Positions 54,592 through 61,167 of a stretch of 64,000 bases of DNA are shown one piece after another. The DNA lies in the NCBI GenBank assembly GCA_965222075.1, contig OZ244937.1, forward strand, positions 1,088,001 through 1,152,000, written 5' to 3'. The notes under the pieces were generated by a model, which searched no databases, had not been told where the DNA came from, and saw only the letters and a list, made by a program, of their open reading frames with translations. How positions within the stretch are numbered: position 1 is the first letter of the stretch; the number at the start of each line of letters is the position of its first letter. A program made the translations under genes and the position numbers. This DNA is from Candidatus Latescibacterota bacterium. GTDB lineage: Bacteria; Latescibacterota; UBA2968; GCA-2709665.

Positions 54592-55548
54592 GTGAAAAAG
54601 TACGTTGTAATCTATTTGGACATACTCGGCTTTAAATGGTTCTTGAATAAGGATTCAGGCGCTGCCTTGGGAATACTCAATGACTTCCACGGAGTACTGG
54701 GGACCCGCCGACAACTTGAACATTTGGATTTACCATTCGGCAGGCCGAGAGGGCCAGTGAAAAGCCTCGCCGAGCGAAATGCATCAGACAGTTTTAGCTA
54801 TTTCCTTCCCATGAGCGACTCGGTATTCATTCTTTCTGAAGAGCCAGACAAAGTAGCTGAGCAACTGTCGACACTCTTATCAAAAATCTTTCTCCTTAGC
54901 GGCGGTGCCTATAGTACGCCTGATTGCCCTAATGTGCTCAATCAGCGCATTGCAAATGTGCATGTAAATGAATATGGAGAAGTAGAAAGGAACTATTGCT
55001 GGGAGAAATGGTACCCAGTTCTATTTAGAGGTGGGATATCCTATGGAGACGTAGAAGTAGTTCAAACTCCGGCGATCTGTAATGGGCAGGAGATCACAGT
55101 TCCCAATGTGATTGGACAAGGGGTGGTTCAAGCAGTTGGTCTTGAGCAGAGAGGATTGAAAGGACCTCGGATCCTCTGTGACTGTGAATTCGTAGACCAA
55201 CTAAGAGGACCAGCTACCAGATACCTCCGAAGAGAGGGAGACGCATGGGAGCTACTGTGGCCGGGTTACAATTACTTTGAAGGCAACGATGAAAGGAGTG
55301 AACGCTACAACCTTGACCATCTCTTCGGTCCCGCTTTGGCTCTCTGGGGATACTTTTCTGGAAAACTGCCCGAGAAGCACTATCAGGCATTCCTCGAACT
55401 CATAGTGCGGTCGCATCTCGCATTTGCGGAATGTGCATCCGACCCTGAGCTTGTCAATGAATATCTGCATCAAAAACTCGATGAAGCTGAACTCGAACTG
55501 TATGCTTCAGTCAGAAACTCCCAGCTCATATTCCCGAATACAAAATAG
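54592..55548 (+). CDS. Divergent class III nucleotide cyclase-like domain protein
   Basis: YLDILGF, SDS, FRGGISYGD, GQGVVQAVGLE..GPRIL occur in class III cyclase motif order. Confidence 0.6.
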   Translation: MKKYVVIYLDILGFKWFLNKDSGAALGILNDFHGVLGTRRQLEHLDLPFGRPRGPVKSLAERNASDSFSYFLPMSDSVFILSEEPDKVAEQLSTLLSKIFLLSGGAYSTPDCPNVLNQRIANVHVNEYGEVERNYCWEKWYPVLFRGGISYGDVEVVQTPAICNGQEITVPNVIGQGVVQAVGLEQRGLKGPRILCDCEFVDQLRGPATRYLRREGDAWELLWPGYNYFEGNDERSERYNLDHLFGPALALWGYFSGKLPEKHYQAFLELIVRSHLAFAECASDPELVNEYLHQKLDEAELELYASVRNSQLIFPNTK

Positions 55549-55562
55549 AAGGAGGAGGAGCA

Positions 55563-58500
55563 GTGGTGAGGGATAATCCTGTGACCCCCAAAGCCATCTT
55601 TTCAAAGTATTTAAAGAACCTCGCCGATGTGGCTCGGCAGGGCGACGCCCGGGAGGAGAGTTTCTACCCGGCGCTGGCGAATATGCTGGATGAAGTGACC
55701 GACGCGACCGGGAGGGCGCACGTACACGTGACCACGCTTCCCAGGCCCACCGAGGGCGGAAACCCCGATTTTCGTCTCTGGAACGGCACCGACCGCATCA
55801 TCGGCTACATTGAGGCCAAGAAACCGACTGAAGGGCGGCTGGATAGTATCGAGAACTCCGAACAGCTCGAACGCTACCGCTCGACGTTCCCGAATCTCCT
55901 CCTCACCAACTTCCTCGAGTTCCGCCTGTACCGGAACGGCGAGCGCGTCGAGACGGTCCTGGCGGGTCGGCCCCTGGTGCTCAACAAGCTGCACACCACG
56001 CCGCCGCTTGAAAATCAAGATGAACTCTACGCCCTTCTTGATCGCTTCCTGAATTTTGCACTGCCCCAGACTTTCACCGCGGAATCCCTCGCCGTCGAAC
56101 TGGCCAGGCGCACGCGCCTCCTCCGCGATGTGATTGGCGAGCAGTTTCAACAGAAACAGGACGCAGACAGAATGCTCTCCGGGTTCTTCGAGGCCTTTCA
56201 GACGTACCTGATCGGCTCGCTGACGCCGGAAGATTTCGCCGATTTGTTCGCGCAGACCATTACGTACGGCCTATTCGCCGCTCGCACCAGGGCGGGGGAC
56301 GGCTTCAACCGGCGCGCCGCTTTCAACAATATTCCCCACACCATCGGCGTCTTGCGCGACCTGTTCCGCTACATCTCGCTTGAGGATTTTCCGGACCCGC
56401 TCGCCTGGTGTGTGGACGATATCGCTGAGGTTCTGGCCGTGGCCGATGCGCCGGGTATTCTCAACGACTATTACCGGGAGGGCAAGGGCAGCGATCCGAT
56501 CGTGCATTTCTATGAGACCTTCCTGGCGCAATACGATCCCGACGAGCGCGAACGTCGGGGGGTTTACTACACGCCCGAACCGGTGGTCGGGTACATTGTT
56601 CGATCCCTGCACGGCCTGCTCAAGACCGAGTTCGGCAAGAGCGACGGTCTCGCCTCCGACGGCGTGACCCTGCTCGATCCGGCGGCAGGTACCATGACCT
56701 TTGTGGCTCGTGCTGCCCAACAGGCTGTTGCCGAGTTCGAGGCCAGGTACGGCAGCGGCGGCAGGGGAGACTTCATCCGCCACCATGTGCTCAGGAACTT
56801 CTACGCCCTCGAGCTGATGATGGCGCCTTATGCGGTCGGCCACCTCAAGATGAGCTTTTTTCTGGAAGAACTCGGCCACCGCCTCGCCGACGACGAGCGC
56901 GTGCCCTTCTATCTCACCAATACCCTCGATTGGGAGGAACTGGAACAAAGCCGTCTCCCCGGCCTATCCGCCCTGGCCGAGGAATCCCGCCTGGCCGGTG
57001 AGGTCAAGAAGCAGACCCCGATCCTGCTCATCCTGGGCAATCCGCCCTATTCAGGCCATTCGAGCAACAAGGGCAAGTGGATACGGGGATTGATTGACGA
57101 GTACAAGCAGGTGGATGGAAAGCCGCTGGGTGAGAAAAACCCGAAATGGCTTCAGGATGACTATGTCAAGTTCCTCCGTTTTGCCCAGTGGAAGATCGCG
57201 CAGGCCGGGAGGGGTGTCGTCGGCATGATCACCAACCACAGCTACCTCGATAACCCCACCTTTCGTGGCATGCGCCAGAGTCTGATGCGCACCTTCGACG
57301 ATATCTATATCCTTGACCTGCACGGCAATTCACTGAAGAAGGAAACCTGCTCCGACGGAAGTCCCGACAAGAACGTCTTCGATATCCGGCAGGGCGTGGC
57401 CATCGCTTTTTTCATCAAGCGCGGCAGCGACCGACACACGGAAGCTGCTGTTCACCATGCCGAACGATACGGAGCACGTGCGAGCAAGTATGATTGGCTG
57501 GACGCCCATGACCACAGTAGCACCGAATGGCGAAATTTAAACCCGGTCTCGCCGTTCTATCTGTTCGTGCCCCACGACGAGGCGCTCGAAGCCGGGTATC
57601 GCCGGTTCATTTCCATTACCGAGGTCTTCCCTGTCAACAGTGTCGGCATCGTGACCGCGCGCGACGGCCTGACGATTCGCTGGTCAAACCAAGAGGCGTG
57701 GGATACGGTGCGCGCTTTTTCCGGGATGGACCCGGAACTGGCGAGGCAGACGTACGAACTCGGCAAGGATGCGCGAGACTGGAAAGTGACGATGGCGCAG
57801 AAGGACTTGCGCGAGTCCGGCCTCACTCGCGAGAATATCGTCCCGATCCTCTACCGGCCCTTTGACATACGCTACACCTATTACACCGGCCGATCACGTG
57901 GTTTCATCTGTATGCCCCGCCCAGACGTCATGCGCCACATGCTGGCCGGGGAGAATCTGGCGCTGATGATGCCGAAGCGTGTCGAACATGTGGGAATCTG
58001 GCAACACGCTTTCATTACAGCTTCCATTTCCGAGCATGTTGTCGTTTCGCTCAAGACCATTGATTATCATTTCCCTCTCTACATCTATCCCACAGCCGAC
58101 CGCAGCGACCTCTTCGCTCACCTTGAACCATCAGACCGGCAATCGAACCTGAACCCAGAACTGGTCGAGCGCTTGACGGAGGCGCATGGTCGAGCGCCCT
58201 CACCCGAAGAAATTTTCCACTATATCTACGCCACTCTGTATGCCCCGACCTACCGCGAGAAGTACGCCGAGTTCCTGCGGATGGATTTTCCGCGCGTTCC
58301 GTTCACAGCAGACAGGGAGTTGTTCGCCAAACTTGCCGCCCTGGGCGCACGGTTGGCCGATCTGCATCTGCTCACGTCGCCCGAACTCGACCCGCCGACC
58401 TGCCGGTTTGATGGTGAAGGCGACGCAGTCGTGGCTCGGACGAAGGCAAAGGGCTTTCGCTATGACCCCGACGCGCAACGTATGTACGTCAACAAGACGC

Positions 58501-58727
58501 AGTATTTCGGCCCTATCCCCGCGGAGGTCTACGAATACCGGATCGGCGGTTATCAGGTCTGTGACAAGTGGTTGAAGGATCGGAAGGAACGCCGCCTGGA
58601 ACTTGACGATATCCGCACCTACTGCCGGATGGTAACGGCCATTGGGATCACGCGCACCATTCAGCAAGAGCTTGACATGGTTTATGCCGACGTAGAAGAT
58701 AACAGTGTACAAGTTGGGGCCAAATAA
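55563..58727 (+). CDS. Single-chain restriction-modification enzyme (PD-(D/E)xK nuclease, N6-adenine MTase, type ISP-like C-terminal specificity domain)
   Basis: NPDF...IEAK, GVYYTP, LDPAAGT, GNPPY, YRPFD, YRIGGYQV..KWLKDR; no helicase motifs seen. Confidence 0.88.
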   Translation: MVRDNPVTPKAIFSKYLKNLADVARQGDAREESFYPALANMLDEVTDATGRAHVHVTTLPRPTEGGNPDFRLWNGTDRIIGYIEAKKPTEGRLDSIENSEQLERYRSTFPNLLLTNFLEFRLYRNGERVETVLAGRPLVLNKLHTTPPLENQDELYALLDRFLNFALPQTFTAESLAVELARRTRLLRDVIGEQFQQKQDADRMLSGFFEAFQTYLIGSLTPEDFADLFAQTITYGLFAARTRAGDGFNRRAAFNNIPHTIGVLRDLFRYISLEDFPDPLAWCVDDIAEVLAVADAPGILNDYYREGKGSDPIVHFYETFLAQYDPDERERRGVYYTPEPVVGYIVRSLHGLLKTEFGKSDGLASDGVTLLDPAAGTMTFVARAAQQAVAEFEARYGSGGRGDFIRHHVLRNFYALELMMAPYAVGHLKMSFFLEELGHRLADDERVPFYLTNTLDWEELEQSRLPGLSALAEESRLAGEVKKQTPILLILGNPPYSGHSSNKGKWIRGLIDEYKQVDGKPLGEKNPKWLQDDYVKFLRFAQWKIAQAGRGVVGMITNHSYLDNPTFRGMRQSLMRTFDDIYILDLHGNSLKKETCSDGSPDKNVFDIRQGVAIAFFIKRGSDRHTEAAVHHAERYGARASKYDWLDAHDHSSTEWRNLNPVSPFYLFVPHDEALEAGYRRFISITEVFPVNSVGIVTARDGLTIRWSNQEAWDTVRAFSGMDPELARQTYELGKDARDWKVTMAQKDLRESGLTRENIVPILYRPFDIRYTYYTGRSRGFICMPRPDVMRHMLAGENLALMMPKRVEHVGIWQHAFITASISEHVVVSLKTIDYHFPLYIYPTADRSDLFAHLEPSDRQSNLNPELVERLTEAHGRAPSPEEIFHYIYATLYAPTYREKYAEFLRMDFPRVPFTADRELFAKLAALGARLADLHLLTSPELDPPTCRFDGEGDAVVARTKAKGFRYDPDAQRMYVNKTQYFGPIPAEVYEYRIGGYQVCDKWLKDRKERRLELDDIRTYCRMVTAIGITRTIQQELDMVYADVEDNSVQVGAK

Positions 58728-58807
58728 CCGCGGAGAGCATCGGATCAATTGCTCGCTGCACTCCTGATTTGCCAGTGGCGCGGCGTTGAACGAACAGGAG
58801 CCTGACA

Positions 58808-59093
58808 TGACTAAGACCGTGATTCTTGAGACGCATGTCCTTTACGACATAGGCTTGAATCGAGTCAGTACAGTATGTCAATCGGTAGGTTGTCGGTAGG
58901 TTGGTTGATTCATGACGGAGAACGGGCGAAGGTTGTTGCCCCACACATGTCTAAAGAAACTGCCGGAGTGCCGATTCAGGGGAATGGTCTTATGACAATT
59001 CCATCAAAATCAATACTCCGGCTTAAGGCGCTTACGCTTACTTCCGTTTCTTGCTCGGTGCCTGAGTCAGAGCAGACCCTGCAAGTTTCTTAG
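58808..59093 (+). pseudogene. Chimeric, degraded small ORF (possible PIN-like N-terminus joined to a CxSVGWL...APH protein)
   Basis: 11-nt tandem duplication TCGGTAGGTTG (58882-58903) shifts frame; removing it gives VCQSVGWLIHDG. Confidence 0.45.
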
Positions 59094-59190
59094 CTTGGCT
59101 GGGTGTGGCTCTTCCTTTTTTGAGCACCTTGCCAGCGATAGAAGCAACCTTTTTTGAAGTCCGTTCGTTGCGTCCTCGCCTTTTTGCCAT
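59038..59190 (-). CDS. 50-aa highly basic small protein (absent from ORF track)
   Basis: MAKRRGRNERTSKKVASIAGKVLKKGRATPSQAKKLAGSALTQAPSKKRK with strong SD AAGGAGGTGA (59197-59206). Confidence 0.7.
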   Translation of the reverse strand: MAKRRGRNERTSKKVASIAGKVLKKGRATPSQAKKLAGSALTQAPSKKRK

Positions 59191-59380
59191 TTGCATTCAC
59201 CTCCTTCCATCGAATAGTGACTGCTATGGTTACATCTCAATTGTGATGATCAATATCTTGTGGCGAACCCTGCTAAACATACCTAATATTGTGTCTAATA
59301 TCAAGGGGAGCAGGATGTGACTTTGGGTTATAATCCCCATTAAATGATTACCATAGCGTTTATCAAGGAGGAGGCCAGTG

Positions 59381-59592
59381 ATGGCACGTAGAGGTCGTGG
59401 AGGTAAGAGGTTGACAGTTGTTATCAGCCTACTAAGGCGGAGTTGGAGATGGACATGAGTTTGCCGGATGGGGTAACGTTGGAGGAGTTAGATGAGCGGG
59501 CGTCTATTTTGGCGAAGGCATTGATGGGGGCTAAGCCGGAGACGCAAGAGATGTTGAAAGAGCGGCGGAGGGACGGGCAGGCGGGTGCTTAG
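59381..59592 (+). pseudogene. Frameshifted small ORF (YQPTKAELE...LAKALM)
   Basis: SD AAGGAGGAGG and ATG at 59381; protein-like frame resumes after a shift near 59405. Confidence 0.4.
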
Positions 59593-59593
59593 C
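59528..59593 (+). repeat. 66-bp direct repeat, copy 1
   Basis: Matches 60298-60363 with one mismatch. Confidence 0.9.
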
Positions 59594-59696
59594 TAAGACA
59601 GCTAAGATTTACAGGAAGCGGATTTCAAGTATTCTGAAGTCTCTTTTATGTCAAGCTAACGAACGGGATTTCAAATGAGGCACTACCGAAAATGAC

Positions 59697-59721
59697 AAAG
59701 GCTCCCCGAAGGGAGCCTTTT
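59697..59721. terminator. Hairpin terminator downstream of the minus-strand membrane gene
   Basis: AAAGGCTCCC-CGAA-GGGAGCCTTTT. Confidence 0.7.
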
Positions 59722-59749
59722 GAAAGGATTGTATTTGCGATTCTATTTC

Positions 59750-60142
59750 TTAATTAGGAGTTTTTCTTCCCTCGTTAATCTTTTCTTCCAATGCCTTCAA
59801 CGACAGCCGGCCTTCTTGGTCCAGTTCTGCCGCTGCTTTTAGAGCACGTTCTGTTCCTTCTTGGCGTCCTTTTTGGATTCTTTTTTCTGACAGATAATCA
59901 GCGAGAACTCCCATGACAGTTCCTCCTTCAAAGAGAACAAAGGTTAGAACGATTGAGGAGATACCAATTTTCCCTGAATATTCAAAGAGTCTAAATATAA
60001 ATTTAATGATCCACACACCCTCAAGGCTTGTGGTCTCATAGCAGAATGAAAGAATTACTCCAAGAACAAACAAGGCCAAGAATACGAGGATGAACAAGGG
60101 TCTATGCTGAACCTTGACGCTCCAGATGGATTCTCGTTCCAT
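59750..60142 (-). CDS. 130-aa membrane protein with an internal in-frame start (54-aa C-terminal product from 59914)
   Basis: MERESIWSV, hydrophobic TM segments, then AAGGAGGA-6 nt-ATG starting MGVLADYLSEKRIQKGRQEG... Confidence 0.55.
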   Translation of the reverse strand: MERESIWSVKVQHRPLFILVFLALFVLGVILSFCYETTSLEGVWIIKFIFRLFEYSGKIGISSIVLTFVLFEGGTVMGVLADYLSEKRIQKGRQEGTERALKAAAELDQEGRLSLKALEEKINEGRKTPN

Positions 60143-60297
60143 CTTGCCTTTCGGGAGAAAGGGTCCAAGGGTTGAGGACTTTCTTGGCCTGTCTGTTGAC
60201 TTTTTGGCAGTAATGTATAGTGTATTATAGTGTATATAATATATACAAAATATATCCGTTATATGTTGTAACGTCAAGTATTAAATTGATAGTGTGT

Positions 60298-60363
60298 GGG
60301 CTAAGCCGGAGACGCATGAGATGTTGAAAGAGCGGCGGAGGGACGGGCAGGCGGGTGCTTAGC
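60298..60363 (+). repeat. 66-bp direct repeat, copy 2
   Basis: Matches 59528-59593 with one mismatch. Confidence 0.9.
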
Positions 60364-60390
60364 CAAGTATATAAGCCCCTTTCGGAAAGT

Positions 60391-60492
60391 GGCGGCGGGA
60401 CGAAGAAGCGTCAAGCCCGTGACATCGCAAAGGCTCAGATCCGCTGGAAAGCGTACAAACAGGAGAAACGAAATGCCCGTAAGAGAACATAA
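60391..60492 (+). pseudogene. C-terminal remnant of an addiction-module killer (RelE/HigB-like) toxin
   Basis: GGGTKKRQARDIAKAQIRWKAYK overlaps the antitoxin start; N-terminal part missing. Confidence 0.7.
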
Positions 60493-60757
60493 GGTCAGCG
60501 ACTACCTCAAAACGCCCGAGGACGCCGCCGCCTATCTGAATGCGGCGATCGAGGAAATGGGCGACGACCCGCGCTTGCTCATGAAGGCGTTTCGCAACGT
60601 TGCCGAGGCGCGGGGTGGTGTGTCCGCGCTTGCGCGCCGAGCCAAGTTGGATCGAGTGGCCCTCTCCCGAGCTCTGTCTGGCCGGCGAAATCCACGGCTC
60701 GATACGCTCGCAAAAGTGTCCGCCGCTTGCGGCGTCAAGCTCCGTTTCTCGGCGTAA
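60473..60757 (+). CDS. Addiction module antidote protein (HTH antitoxin)
   Basis: DYLKTPEDAAAYLNAA, NVAEARGGVSALA, LSRALSGRRNPRLDTL; SD AGGAG. Confidence 0.85.
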   Translation: MPVREHKVSDYLKTPEDAAAYLNAAIEEMGDDPRLLMKAFRNVAEARGGVSALARRAKLDRVALSRALSGRRNPRLDTLAKVSAACGVKLRFSA

Positions 60758-60779
60758 GAGAGAATAGCCATGACAACAT

Positions 60780-61008
60780 CCAGGGCCCGCGGAAGGCCGG
60801 ACCTTGCTTGATCTCGGCCCGTTCGAGGTAGGTCTTGAGTGCCCGCATCGTCGTCGGGCCGAGATCGCCCCCGTGCCGCCGCATTCGCCGACGAGTGGCG
60901 GGACGCGTCCCCTTGACGCCGACGCAAGAAGACTTCACCTTTGCGCAGTCGATACACACTGCTGGGAGAGAACCCCACTACATCTTCATCCAGCATCATA
61001 AAACGCAA
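60780..61008 (-). pseudogene. Adjacent remnants of a tyrosine recombinase-like gene and an IS3-like transposase
   Basis: LGPTTMRALKTYLERAEIKQGPAFR and FMMLDEDVVGFSPSSVYR peptides; short fragments only. Confidence 0.4.
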
Positions 61009-61109
61009 TCGGCAATACCCCTCCCCAGAGTCAACCCCAAGTATTCCAACCCATTATTTTACAAATGTTAAGAGCAACCTGGTCGCTGCTGAAGGTGACA
61101 AGAAAAAAA

Positions 61110-61142
61110 TGTATTGCGTAACGCAACACAATGCATTACCTT
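61110..61142 (+). promoter_or_regulatory. Palindromic operator overlapping a candidate promoter
   Basis: TGTaTTGCGT-A-ACGCAAcACA inverted repeat; TTGCGT-17 nt-TACCTT. Confidence 0.5.
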
Positions 61143-61167
61143 TTGGTGCAGAAAGGGAAGCGGTACG

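Noticed and set aside
54592-55548. Assignment as Pycsar or CBASS
   Set aside because: No adjacent cNMP-binding, TIR or TM effector, no CD-NTase motif, and the canonical cyclase Asn/Arg residues are absent.
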